From NCBI RefSeq assembly GCF_006345805.1, contig NC_043025.1, forward strand, positions 7,688,001 through 7,752,000: a DNA stretch of 64,000 nt, read 5' to 3'. Below, in pieces: positions 1-11,629 of the stretch (the first letter of the stretch is position 1; every line of letters begins with the position of its first letter). The stretch comes from Octopus sinensis (Eukaryota). The notes under the pieces are model-generated. The model was not told the origin of the DNA. It searched no databases and saw nothing but the letters and a program-made list of their open reading frames with translations. The translations under genes and the position numbers were made by a program.

Positions 1-26
1 AATGAACAAATATTGAATATCTCAGG

Positions 27-59
<33 letters not shown>

Positions 60-672
60 TGTTTCAGTCAGTTGACTGTGGCCATGTTGGAGCACCACCT
101 TTTAGTTGAACAAATCGACCTTTGGACTTATTCTTTGTAAGCCTGGTGCTTAGTCTATCAGTCTCTTCTGCTGAACTGCTTAGTTATGGCGAAGTAAACA
201 CATCAACAGTGGTTGTCAGGTGATGGGAGGGGGACAGACACAAACGCACATACACATATATATATATACTCACACACATCTACCAAATCCACTTACAAGG
301 CTTTGGTCAACCCGAGGCTATAGTAGAAGAGACTTGCCCAAGGTGCCATGCAGTGGGACTGAACCTGAAACCATGTGGTTGGGAAGCAACCTTACCACAC
401 AGCCATGCCTATATATATATATCTGTACCAAGTTAAAAATATTGGTGCTGGTGCAATGTCAAAAGCAACCAGTACACTTTGTGGAGTGGTTGGCATTAGG
501 AAGGACATCCAGCCATAGTAATCATGCTAAAACAGACAGCGGAGCCTGGTGTGGCTCCTGGCCTTCTTAGCCCCAGTCAAGCCATCTAGCCCATGTTAGC
601 ATGGAAAATGCATGTTAAATGATGATAGATGGAAATTCTGATGATGGCTAGCAGGCTAAAACTTTGAAGTGA

Positions 673-1078
673 CTCTCTCTCTTTTACTCTCTTTTACTTG
701 TTTCAGTCATTTGACTGGAGCACCGCCTTTAGTCGAGCAAATCGACTCCGGGACTTATTCTTTGTAAGCCCAGTACTTATTCTATCGGTCTCTTTTGCCG
801 AACCGCTAAGTGACGGGGACTTAAAAACACCAGCATCGGTTGTCAAGCAATGCTAGGGGGACAAACACTGACACACAAACATATACACACACACTTATAT
901 ATATATATATACATATATACGACAGGCTTCTTTCAGTTTCCGTCTACCAAATCCACTCACAAGGCATTGGTCGGCTCGGGGCTATAGCAGGAGACACTTG
1001 CCCAAGATGCCACGCAGTGGGACTGAACCCGGAACCATGTGGTTGGTTAGCAAGCTACTTACCACACAGCCACTCCTG
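673..1078 (-). mobile_element. tRNA-derived SINE family A (AGGCGCAGGAGTGGCTGTGTGG head, internal (TA)n/(TG)n, AAAGAGTAAAGAG tail)
   Basis: Near-identical copies recur through the window, e.g. about 3300-3710, 6821-7209, 24560-24990, 25890-26250, 28589-28984, 32607-33200, 37065-37480, 44335-44715, 49680-50005, 59790-60415, 61805-62255, 62899-63300. Pol III box-like head. These copies generate most of the spurious MSSNARG/YDRLLSVSVYQIHSQG ORFs. Confidence 0.9.
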
Positions 1079-1375
1079 ACTGTTAGGTTATATTATTTTA
1101 TTTGTCTTTTCTCTGAGTAAGGGAGAATATAACGATTCAACGTCACTTATACTCAAGTGTTATCATTATACCTAAAAACCCTAACTACAGTTATAACGTC
1201 ATAGAGACATATACGCATGAAACGCTATATTAATGACATGTATGTTGAATCTTCTAATCGTGTCCTTTAAACCGCTATAAGAAACATAAATCAAAGATTA
1301 CAGAAATGCATATTTATTTATGCTCAGTTGAAAAACAAATGTGAAGAGAAACATTTTCTTTTTAATTATTTTTTA

Positions 1376-1950
1376 TTATATAAATAGTCCACCTGTGCAT
1401 ACCTTCCTTCTTGTGACACTTGTGAAGACCTGTTGAGGCAAGTGAGAATCAAATCGAACCAAATCAAAATAGATGAACATCAATGGAATTTGTATCCTTG
1501 TGGTACCAGTGCCGGTGGCACATAAGAAAACATCCGAACGTGACCGTAGCCAGTACCGCAACGACTGGCCTCCGTGCTGAGGGCATGTAACAAACACCAT
1601 CCGAGCGTGGCCGTCCGCCAGCCTCGTCTGGCACCTGTGTCGGTGACACATAAGAAAACACCATCCGAGCGTGGCCGTCAGCCAGCCTCGTCTGGCACCT
1701 GTGTCGGTGGCACATAAAAAACACCATCCGAGCGTGGCCGTCTGCCAGCCTCGTCTGGCACCTGTGTCGGTGGCACATAAAATCACCCACTACACTCTCG
1801 GAGTGGTTGGCGTTAGGAAGGGCATCCAGCTGTAGAAACACTGCCAGATCTGACTGGCCTGGTGCAGCCTTCGGGCTTGCCAGACCCCAGTTGAACCGTC
1901 CAACCCATGCTAGCATGGAAAGCGGACGTTAAACGATGATGATGATGATG
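1376..1950 (+). mobile_element. Non-autonomous retroposon family D (GGTTGGCGTTAGGAAGGGCATCC core, GGACGTTAAACGATGATGAT tail) with internal tandem units of about 62 bp
   Basis: (GAT)n tail. Related copies at about 4880-5330, 7450-7740, 9050-9320, 15750-15960, 16320-17400, 30860-31720, 48100-48570. The RTE-like tail assignment is inference. Confidence 0.75.
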
Positions 1951-2591
1951 ATTTTATATTTTTTTACAGTAAGAAAGATAACTTTGTCGTGAAGAAAAAC
2001 GACTATAAATTCCTTAGCTAATTTCTTCTTTCTATCTAATACATTAACCAACAAATCAAAATAGATTTGTGATTAACTTAGACATGGCATAAAAATTACC
2101 GATGTCTCCAAAAGAGTGAGTGACATGGAGTTCTGTGACACCAACAAACACTAAAATATTTTCCAAAATCCAGGGTTTTTATAACTGCTCAACTTGACTA
2201 AAAAGAATCGAAATCCATGACAGATATTCTTTACGAAACTTCTAGAATCTTTATATGAGCAGTTATATTAACCAATGGAAAAAAACGAAAATGATATTTC
2301 TTCGGCAATATGACATTACGTCATATTGCCAATTCGCGCCACATTTCAAAATGGCTAAAATGGTTATTGCTACACTTTGAAGTGACTGTTAACTCTCTTG
2401 AGGAAAAGTATATCGAAATGTGTTCTACAAAAATGTATCAATATTTTTTTTATGTATAACTTGACATAAAAGCAATCATTTATCCATCTATCGTGTTACT
2501 GTGTGTCTGCATACACACATGCTCCATATATAGTCTGAAAATGTCCCAGAAGACGCACACAAATACTAATTGTCATTCATACACACAGGCT

Positions 2592-3226
2592 TGGGATCTT
2601 TTCCTTTTGAACGGCAGATGTCAACATAATTTCTAGTTAACTAAACACTTTTAAACTTCGTAGAATGTGTTTATAAAACATCATTTTCTCTTGGTTTTAT
2701 TAAGAAAATTCTATAGCTTGTAAGATATTTCGTCTGAAAATCCGAGCATTTTGGCAATTTTAACCAATCGATTACCTCCATTCAACTAAAATCATTTGCT
2801 GCATCTAAAACTGAGACATCCTGTAACTAACCCTAAACCTCCCCCCCCTAACCCTAATTTTTTTTTTCTTAATTGTTAAATTAATTTAATTGCTACGCGT
2901 GTAAAAAAATCTAAAGCAATGGAATTAAATTAATTTAACAATAAGAAAAAAATTTAGGGTTAGGGTTAGGGGGGAGGTTTAGGGTTAGTTACAGGATGTT
3001 GTCTCAGTTTTAGACACAGCAAATGATTTTAGTTGGATGGAGGTAATCGATTGGTTAAAATTGCCAAAATGCTCGGATTTTCAGACGAAATATCTTACAA
3101 ACTATAGAATTTTCTCAATAAAACCAAGAGAAAAAGATGTTTTATAAACACATTCTACGAAGTTTAAAAGTGTTTAGTTAACTAGAAACTGTGTTGACAT
3201 CTGCCGTTCAAAAGGAAAAGATCCCA
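2592..3226. mobile_element. Fold-back/MITE-like element with inverted arms of about 300 bp
   Basis: TGGGATCTTTTCCTTTTGAACGGCAG... at 2592 is matched by ...CTGCCGTTCAAAAGGAAAAGATCCCA ending at 3226. Arms stay complementary up to a spacer of about 30 nt (2892-2922). Confidence 0.9.
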
Positions 3227-3857
3227 GGCTTGTCCTTTACAGGTGCTTGTGTCACATGGAATGCACTCATGCCGGTGCTGTGTAAACGCACCCGTGTCAG
3301 TGGCATGTAAAAGGCATGCAGCGCATTCTGTAAACCAACCACATGGTTCTGGGTTCAGTCCCACTACGTGGCATCTTGGGCAAGTGTCTTCTACTATAGC
3401 CCCGGGCCGACCAAAGCCTTGTGAGTGGATTTGGTAGACGGAAACTGAAAGAAGCCCGTCGTATATATGTATATATATATGTATGTGTGTGTAGGTTTGT
3501 GTGTCTGTGTTTGACCCCCCACCATCGCTTGACAACCGATGCTGGTGTGTTTACGTCCCCGTCACTTAGCGGTTTGGCAAAAGAGACCAATAGAATAAGT
3601 ACTGGGCTTACAAAAGAATAAGTCCCTGGGTCGATGTGATCGACTAAAGGCGGTGCTCCAGCATGGCCGCAGTCAAATGACTGAAACAAGTAAAAGAGTA
3701 AAGAGTATATAGGCTCCAATTACAGTTGAAAAACCTGTGTAAAGACACAAAACAATAGCTGGAAGCACAAAGACTCCATCTTACATGTTTTTCATTGAAT
3801 GTTTAAACTTGTCTCATCATTTCAATTTATCTGTCTTTTCGTCCCTGTCTCATTTAG

Positions 3858-4034
3858 GTTGCTGTCACCCAAGATAGCAGTGTCTACTGCTGGGGTATCC
3901 ACCCGAACATCATCCGCTATGCTGCACAGATGAGCCGTCGTGCACCTGGACAGGAAGCTGCCGATGGTTTTGGCGATGACTATCTCTCTCCATTGCTGGT
4001 CGATACGTCTAACGTTCTTGGCAAAATAGTTCAG
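3858..4034 (+). CDS. Exon 1 in window of RCC1-repeat protein (claret/GLO-4-like): VAVTQDSSVYCWGIHPNIIRYAAQMSRRAPGQEAADGFGDDYLSPLLVDTSNVLGKIVQ
   Basis: Pyrimidine tract + catttag acceptor, CAG|gtatgg donor, 177 nt open in phase 0. VYCWG is an RCC1-type motif, and GKIVQ joins the next exon to give [12 protein letters not shown], a canonical RCC1 repeat start. Confidence 0.9.
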
Positions 4035-4070
4035 GTATGGCTGTTTTATAATGGTTAACGCTGTTGGAGG

Positions 4071-4600
4071 TAATAATAATATAATGAAATTATTGTATAC
4101 AGTGCTCAGGTGCACCACAACTTGTCAGAAAGTGCGTATAAAGTATATGCAGTAATGTACAAATGTCTGGAAAGCGAACAGTGTATGAGTCAGATACATG
4201 CTTGCGTGTGTATGGAGGGGAGAAAATCAGGTATAGTGTTGGCGAATCTCAGAAAGCATGGAAGTTTTGAAGGATGCAGTGCTCTAACAACTGATGCTGG
4301 TAGTTTATTCCATGCTTCAGCAACTCTCAGCGTGAAAAAACGTTTCCTAAAGTCATGGAAGGAGCTGTGCTGTTTTCTGACTTTGTAAATATGCCCATGG
4401 GTGTTAGATGGGTAGAGTTTGAAAAGGTGCTCAGAGTTATTGTTTGTAAGATGGTTGGTAATTTTATGGATGTCTGCCAAGTCAGCTGCCAGACGTCGGA
4501 GTTTCAATGTGTCCATGCCCAGGGAAGTAAGGCCTTCATAATATGGCAAATGCCTGATGGAGGGTATTCTTTTGGTTGCACGTCGCTGAATGGCTTCCAG
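4071..4600 (-). mobile_element. 5'-truncated CR1-type LINE 3' end
   Basis: ORF 4190-4549: LGMDTLKLRRLAADL...HSSFHDFRKRFFTLRVAEAWNKLP, the typical CR1 RT C-terminus, followed by a short (TTA)-type tail. Confidence 0.9.
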
Positions 4601-5342
4601 ACGATGCTGGTATTAGTGATGGTGATAATGCTGCTGTTGTTAATGATGATAGTGTTGATGATGATAATGCTGGTGTTGTGGATGATAATGATTCAAGCAT
4701 TCAGTTCAGACTCCTGCTTCCTGTCACTTGTGTATATAATCCCCTTCTGTCTATTTGCCTATCTGTGAATTTTTTTTGCCTGCCTGTGAGTTTACCTGCC
4801 TATCTATGAATTTATTTGCTTTTCTGTCTATTAACTTACCTATTTACATACCTGTCTATTAGCTTACCTAATAGATATCAAATGGAAATTGTAGTTGTGA
4901 TCCCTGTGCCAGTGGCTCATAAAAAGCACCATCCGAATGTGGCCGATGCCAGTGCCGCCTTGACTGGCTTCTGTGCTGGTGGCACGTAAAAAGCACCATC
5001 CAAACATAGCCGATGCCAGCGCCGCCTTGACTGGCTTCTGTGCCGGTGGCACGTAAAAAGCACCATCCAAACATAGCCGATGCCAGCGCTGCCTTGACTG
5101 GCTTCTGTGCCGGTGGCACGTAAAAAGCAACAACCGATCATGGCCGTTTGCCAGCCTCCTCTGGCCCCTGTGCCGGTGGAATGTAAAATGCACCCACTAC
5201 ACTCACAGAGTGGTTGGCGTTAGGAAGGGCATCCAGCTGTAGAAACACTGCCAGATCAGACTGGAACCTGGTGCAGCCTCCTGGCTTCCCAGACCCCAGT
5301 CGAACTGTCCAACTCATGATGATGATGATCTGTCTATGCATA

Positions 5343-5563
5343 TATGAGGGGGTGCTGAAAAGTCCCTGGCTTTGGGTAAAAGAAAATACAGGAGAATCAG
5401 TTAATTATGATTCTATTCAACAAATTTCCCTCTGAGATTTGTATACTTATAGCAGTGGTCCTTCACTTTTTCTAAGCTCTGTGAAAGACCTCGGTAGGCT
5501 GGTCCTCTAACCAGGCCTTTTGTGATACCCTTAAAGCCAGAAACCTTTCAGCACCCCATCATA
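5343..5563. mobile_element. Tc1/mariner-type MITE (about 220 bp)
   Basis: TIRs TATGAGGGGGTGCTGAAAAGTCCCTGGCTTT / AAAGCCAGAAACCTTTCAGCACCCCATCATA (about 31 bp, few mismatches), TA at both ends. Confidence 0.8.
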
Positions 5564-5650
5564 CCTACATATCTATTTACTTGCCAATTTATCTATTTGC
5601 TTATTATAACCAATGGAGCAGTACCATAAAATTAAGTCTTTGGGCTTTAA

Positions 5651-6395
5651 ATTCAATTTATTTCAATTCAATTCAATTCAATTTTTATTGGCTCAGCAAA
5701 AGTAAGGCCATGTAGGGGGACAGGGAGTTAAGTACAGGGAGGGTGGTCATACAAAGAGTTCAGGCCATTTCTGGTCAAGAGAGACTTTGAACTGAACGGT
5801 CGTCGGCATCTTCACTATCTCGTCCGGCAGCTTATTCCACGGATCTGCAACCCGGATGGAGAAAGCCCTTCTCCTTCGATTGAGATGAAATCGTCGCAGA
5901 TAGAGCTTTTCAGAGTGACCCCCGCAGCCCACGCTCTGGAGCAGGAGTGAAGAACAGCTCTTTCGATCTGCAACCCGGACGGAGAAAGCCTCTCTCCTTC
6001 GATTGAGATGAAATCGTCGTAGATAGAGCTTTTCGGAGTGAACCCCGCAACCCATGCTCTGGAGCAGGAGTGAAGAACAGCTCTTTCGATCTGCAACCCA
6101 GACGGAGAAAGCCCCTCTCCTTTGATTGAGATGAAATCATCGTAGATAGAGCTTTTCAGAGTGACCTCACAGCCGATGCTCTGGAGCAGGACTGAAGAAC
6201 AGCTCTTTCGAGAGGTTACTCTTTCCGCTTATGATGTTGTGAGCGAGAATGAGATCACCACGGCGGCGTTTCTTGAGAGAATAAAGGTCGAGCATCTTCA
6301 GCCTTTCTTCATAAGACAAATGCTTGAACTACATTGATTCTGCTCTCCATTCTTGATGAGAAAAGCTCCATGTTTAACTTTTTCTTTTCTCTTAA
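5651..6395 (-). mobile_element. CR1-type LINE 3' fragment with a triplicated 123-bp internal segment
   Basis: YLRRFHLNRRREAFSVRVADPWNKLPDEIV...FKVSLDQKW in the ORF track. (ATTGA)n tail at 5651-5690. Repeats at 5881/6004/6127. Confidence 0.85.
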
Positions 6396-6513
6396 TAGAT
6401 TCCATATCCAACTTTGATTTCCATTATCATCTATCTGTGTAGTGTGTGTATATGAAATTTTACTATAACTTCTCTATAACTGTTTTTTTTCTTTCTTTTT
6501 TTGCTAATTTCAG

Positions 6514-6621
6514 GTCAGCTGTGGTAGCTACCACTTTGTCCTGCTTACTTCAGACGGTGTGGTATATACATGGGGTCGAAATACTGATGGACAGTTGGGC
6601 TTTGTATCCTACCAAAACATT
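6514..6621 (+). CDS. Exon 2: [36 protein letters not shown] (RCC1 repeat)
   Basis: T-rich tract + ttcag acceptor, gtaagc donor, 108 nt phase 0. Textbook RCC1 repeat (CGxxH...VYTWGxNxxGQLG). Confidence 0.95.
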
Positions 6622-6820
6622 GTAAGCTAAAACCCCTTCTTCTCTTCTGTTATTTCTTCCGCTTCTAATTTCATAAAGTATTGTGGAAGGGGACTGTTAA
6701 CACCCCTCACTCATAATATGAGGTTCATTTATCCAGAAGTAGTGGTCATGGGGCTTTAATGGCCAGATGTGATCATATATATATATATAATATATACAGG
6801 CATATATATGTAATATATAT

Positions 6821-7209
6821 AGGCGCAGGAGTGGCTGTGTGGTAAGTAGCTTGCTTACCAACCATATGGTTTCAGGTTCAGTCCCACTGCGTGGCACCTT
6901 GGGCAAGTGTCTTGTACTATAGCCTCGGGCCGATCAAAGCCTTGTGAGTGGATTTGGTAGACGGAAACTGAAAGAAGCCCGTCGTATATATATATATGTA
7001 TGTGTGTGTGTATCTGTGTTTGTCCCCCTAGCATTGCTTGACAACCGATGCTGGTGTGTTTATGTCCCCGTCACTTAGCGGTTCGGCAAAAGAGACCGAT
7101 AGAATAAGTACTGGGCTTACAAAGAATAAGTCCCGGGGTCAAGTTGCTCGACTAAAGGCGGTGCTCCAGCATGGCCGCAGTCAGATGACTGAAACAAGTA
7201 AAGAGAGAG
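6821..7209 (+). mobile_element. SINE family A copy (intron 2)
   Basis: Full head-body-microsatellite-tail structure matching the other copies. Confidence 0.9.
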
Positions 7210-8316
7210 CATGACTGTGTGGTAAGGGGTTTGCTTTCCAACCACAGGTTCTGGGTTCAATCCATTGTGTGGCACCTTGGGCAGGTGTCTTGTACTATAG
7301 CCTCGGGTTGACCATTGTGAGTGGATTTTGGTAGATTGAAAATGAAATAATGGTAATGATACCTATTTAACTTGAAATTATACTAGCTGACAATGCTTGT
7401 TTTGAATGTCGCAGGGGGCATTCGAATCTAAGAAAGCACACTATAATCATCATTATCATCATCATCGTTTAACGTCCGCTTTCCATGCTAGCATGGGTTG
7501 GACGTATGACTGAGGGCTGGCGAACCAGATGGCTGCACCAGGCTTCAATCTTGATCTGGCAGTGTTTCTACAGCTGGATGCCCTTCCTAATGCCAACTCT
7601 TGGAGTGGTTGGTGTTAGGCAGGTCATTCAACTGTAGAAACCACACCAAATCAGATTGGAACCTGGTGCAGCTTAGCAGTTTTCAGTCAAACTGTCCAAC
7701 CCATGCCAGCATGGAAAACGGACGTAAAATGATGATGATTCTTTTACTTGTTTCAGTCATTAGACTGCGGCCATGCTGGGGCACTGCCTTGAAAAATTTT
7801 AGTCAAACTAATCAACGCCAGGACTTATTTTCTTTTTAAGCCTGGTACTTGTTCTGTTGGTCTCTATTGCTGAACCGCTAAGTTATGGGGGACATAAACA
7901 TACCAACGCAAGATGTCAAGCAGTGGTGAGGGACAGACATATGACAGGCTTCTTTCAGTTTCCATCTACCAAATCCACTCACAAGGACTTAGTAGGCACG
8001 AGGCTATAGTAGAAGACACTTGGCCAAGGTGCCATGCAGTGGGACTGAACCTGGAGTCATGTACACTTGAGAAGCAAGCCTCTTACCCCACAGCCATGCC
8101 TGATATATATCTTGCTACCTCTCTTTATCTTTCTCTCTCTTTCGTTATCTGCAATATCTCAGTTTTGAGATTTCAGTGATGTGATTGTTTGGGCATTAGT
8201 AGCTGCATCTGGCGAGTTTGAACATAAAATAATAAAGAATATTTTGGCCGGATACGACCAGGTTAAAGGGTCAAATGTAGTAGGTATTGTTACACACACA
8301 GCGAAATGGCAGACAA

Positions 8317-8720
8317 GGTGGTGAGCTGGCAGAATCGTTAGCATGCTGGGCAAATTGCCTAGCGGTATTTCGCCTGCCGCTATGTTCTGAGTTCAAATTC
8401 CGCCGAGGTCGACTTTGCCTTTCATCCTTTCGGGGGTCGATTAAATAAGTACCAGTTACGCACTGGGGTCAATATAATTGACATAATCCGTTTGTCTGTC
8501 CTCTCTGTGTTTAGCCCCTTGTGGGTAGTAAAGAAATAGGTATTTCGTCTGTCGTTACGTTCTGAGTTCAAATTCCGCCGAGGTCGACTTTGCCTTTCAT
8601 CCTTTCGGGGGTCGATTAAATAAGTACCAGTTACGCACTGGGGTCAATATAATTGACATAATCCGTTTGTCTGTCCTCTCTGTGTTTAGCCCCTTGTGGG
8701 TAGTAAAGAAATAGGTATTG
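8317..8720 (+). mobile_element. SINE family C (GGCGAGCTGGCAGAAACGTTAGC head; CTTTCATCCTTTCGGGGTCGAT core), tandem dimer
   Basis: Two head-to-tail units. The family also occurs at about 30203-30625, 31095-31335, 34436-34665, 46143-46925, 48970-49351, 57105-57510, 58135-58255 and 63920-64000. Confidence 0.85.
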
Positions 8721-8790
8721 TTACACACTCACACATATGCATAGACACGCAGTCTAAAGTTGTATTTTTCTCTGTATTTTCCCTCAACAG

Positions 8791-8919
8791 TCATTTCCGA
8801 CCCAAGTGACGGCTATCAGTGATGTCCACATCTCACATGTCTACAGTGGCTCGGACTTCAATGTGGCGCTGAACAGTGATGGAGAGGTTTGGGGATGGGG
8901 ACGGAATGACACTGGACAG
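8791..8919 (+). CDS. Exon 3: SFPTQVTAISDVHISHVYSGSDFNVALNSDGEVWGWGRNDTGQ (RCC1 repeat)
   Basis: caacag acceptor, CAG|gtgagt donor, 129 nt phase 0. GxDF..AL..DGEVWGWGxNxxGQ motif. Confidence 0.95.
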
Positions 8920-8988
8920 GTGAGTTATTGACCTTATTTAATCCTTTAATCCTTCAGTGTTCAGATTATTCTGTCATTCTGTGATTCT

Positions 8989-9050
<62 letters not shown>

Positions 9051-9327
9051 CATCATCATCATCATCATCATCGTTTAACGTCCGCTTTCCGCGCTAGCAC
9101 GGTTGGACGGTTTGACCGGGTCTGGGAAGCCAGGGGCCGCACCAGGCTCCAGTCTGAATCTGGCAGAGTTTCTACGGCTGATGCCCTTCCTAACGCCAAC
9201 CACTCCGTGAGTGGATTGGGTGCTTTTTACGTGCCACCTGCACAGGGGCCGGAGGGTCCGGCATCGTCACGATCGGTTCGAGCATTTTAACGTGTCAGCG
9301 GCACGGGGGCAACGAGGTCCGGGGTAC

Positions 9328-9373
<46 letters not shown>

Positions 9374-9454
9374 ATATATATATAAATTCGGGGTGAGTAC
9401 TTGATAATTATAAGCACCTGTGTATACCGTTTGGTGGTGTAGGTGGTGGAGTAA

Positions 9455-9919
9455 ATTGATCAAAATAAAAACATGATGCGAAGGATTCAGCGGTACATAT
9501 GTTTCGGGCCTTTATTAGACAGATTTATAACAATGCATAATGTATGTCTGTGGCCTTCTTCAGCTGCGCACAACAGCTTCCACAAGGACATGTGTTACAT
9601 CAAATCCTCTCATTCGCGTACGACATAATGCGGCAACAGCATAGAATTGAAGCGTCCATCTCTTTCTTCTCTCAATGTACATTGAGAGAAGAAAGAGATG
9701 GACGCTTCAATTCTATGCTGCTGCCGCATTATGTCGTACGCGAATGGGAGGATTTGCATCCCCAACCAAGAATTTTTGATGTAACACATGTCTTGTGGAA
9801 GCTGTTGTGCGCGGCTGAAGAAGGCCACAGACATACATTATGCATTGTTATAAATCTGTCAAATATAGGCCCGAAACATATGTACCGCTGAATCCTTCGC
9901 ATCATGTTTTTATTTTGAT

Positions 9920-9923
<4 letters not shown>
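9455..9923. repeat. Near-perfect spacerless palindrome of about 470 bp
   Basis: Centre CTCAATGT|ACATTGAG at 9678/9679. Arms complementary out to ATTGATCAAAATAAAAAC / GTTTTTATTTTGATCAAT, with few mismatches and one insertion of about 21 nt in the right arm. Confidence 0.92.
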
Positions 9924-9949
<26 letters not shown>

Positions 9950-9955
<6 letters not shown>

Positions 9956-10900
9956 ATGAAATTATTGTATACAGTGCTCAGGTGCACCACAACTTGTCAG
10001 AAACTGCATATAAAGTACATGCAGTAATGTACAAATGTCTGGAAAGTGCACAGTGTATGAGTCAGATACATGCTTGTTTGTGTATGGAGGGGAGAAAATC
10101 AGGTGTAGTGTTGGTGAATCTCAGAAAGCATGGAAGTTTTGAAGGATGCAGTGCTCCGACAACTAACAACTGAAGCCGGCAGTTTGTTCCATGCTTCAGC
10201 AACTCTCAGCGTGAAAAAATGTTTCCTAAAGTCATGGAAGGAGCTGTGCTGTTTTCTGACTTTGTAAACATGTCCACGGGTGTTAGACGGGTGGAGTTTG
10301 AAAAGGTGTTCAGAGTTATTGTTTGTAAGATGGTTAATAATTTTATAGGTGTCTGCCAAGTCAGCTGCCAGACGTTGGAGTTTCAATGTGTCCATGCCCA
10401 GGGAAGTAAGGCGTTCAGAATATGGCAAATGCCTGATGGAGGGTATTCTTTTGGTTGTCAGATACATGCTTGTGTGTGTATGGAGGGAAGAAAATCAGGT
10501 GTAGTTTTGGCGAATCTCAGGAAGCATGGAAGTTTTGAAGGATGCAGTGCTCTGACAACTAACAACTAATGCCGGCAGTTTGTTCCATGCTTCAGCAACT
10601 CTCAGCATGAAAAAATGTTTCCTAAAGTCATGGGAGCTGTGCTGTTTTCTGACTTTGTAAATATGTCCACGGGTGTTAGACGGGTGGAGTTTGAAAAGGT
10701 GTTCAGAGTTATTGTTTGTAAGATGGTTAATAATTTTATGGATGTCTGCCAAGTCAGCTGCCAGACGTCGGAGTTTCAATGTGTCCATGCCCAGGGCAGT
10801 AAGGTGTTCATAATATGGCAAATGCCTGATGGAGGGTATTCTTTTGGTTGCATGTCGCTGAATGGCTTCCAGATGATTGATATCCTGGGTTTTTGAGTGG
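9950..10900 (-). mobile_element. CR1-type LINE 3' end with a tandem duplication of about 396 bp
   Basis: ORFs 10099-10467 and 10495-10923 encode the same RT C-terminus (HLEAIQRHATKRIPSIRHLPY...). Same family as 4071-4600. Confidence 0.9.
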
Positions 10901-11139
10901 TTGGAAGAGGGACTAGAATGCACAAGATGAGGCTACTGATGAGTCTGTAGGTGGATGAGTGGGGAGTGTTGTATTATTTTTCAGGAAAAGTTTTAATTGG
11001 TGTGAAGGCTGGCCCTCACCTCTATCCAGAATCATATTGCAGAAATGTTCGCAAGAGTAGGCTTTTCACCCTATCATATGTCTGTGTGTCTGTCCATCCA
11101 TCCATTAATTCTTTTCTCTCTCTCTCTCTTTCTCTCCAG

Positions 11140-11322
11140 CTCCTGCATCTCATAAAGGAGAAAGGTGTCCGTGTAAGACCAAAGGCCATTCTAAACCGAG
11201 ACGATGTCCAGCAGGGCAATGCCACCCATGTGCGTGTCCCTATACTCCTCCCTGGGGTGCCGTCAGCAAAAGGTGGCACCCTATATGTATCACATGACCA
11301 CAGTAGTAACGGAGCGCTCTTT
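11140..11322 (+). CDS. Exon 4: LLHLIKEKGVRVRPKAILNRDDVQQGNATHVRVPILLPGVPSAKGGTLYVSHDHSSNGALF
   Basis: (CT)n tract + ccag acceptor, gtaagt donor, 183 nt phase 0. Continues GQ|L from exon 3. Confidence 0.85.
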
Positions 11323-11629
11323 GTAAGTTGACCTAACAATTTATTGTGGATGTGGTAGCGTGTGAGTGGTGGTGGTGGTGGTCACAATTGGAATGGTGGC
11401 TGTGGTGGTGGTCACAATTGGAATGGTGGCTGTGGTGGTTTTGCTTCAGGTGATGGCTGCAATAGTGTGGGTGGTGAAGGTGACTTGTGGTGTGTTGGCA
11501 ATGACTCTAGTTGTATGGGTGATGGTGTGGTAGAGGTGGTAGTGTATCAGTGATGGCACAGCAGTGGTATGGTAGATGCAGTGGTGTGAGTGCTAGTATG
11601 GCAATGTTGGTAACTTTTGTGGTAGTGGT

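Noticed and set aside
2304-2330. 11-bp stem hairpin GGCAATATGAC-ATTAC-GTCATATTGCC
   Set aside because: Isolated, probably part of a decayed DNA transposon. No function can be supported.
2829-2990. Interstitial telomere or chromosome fusion scar
   Set aside because: Only 2-3 units per side, embedded symmetrically in the arms of a fold-back element.
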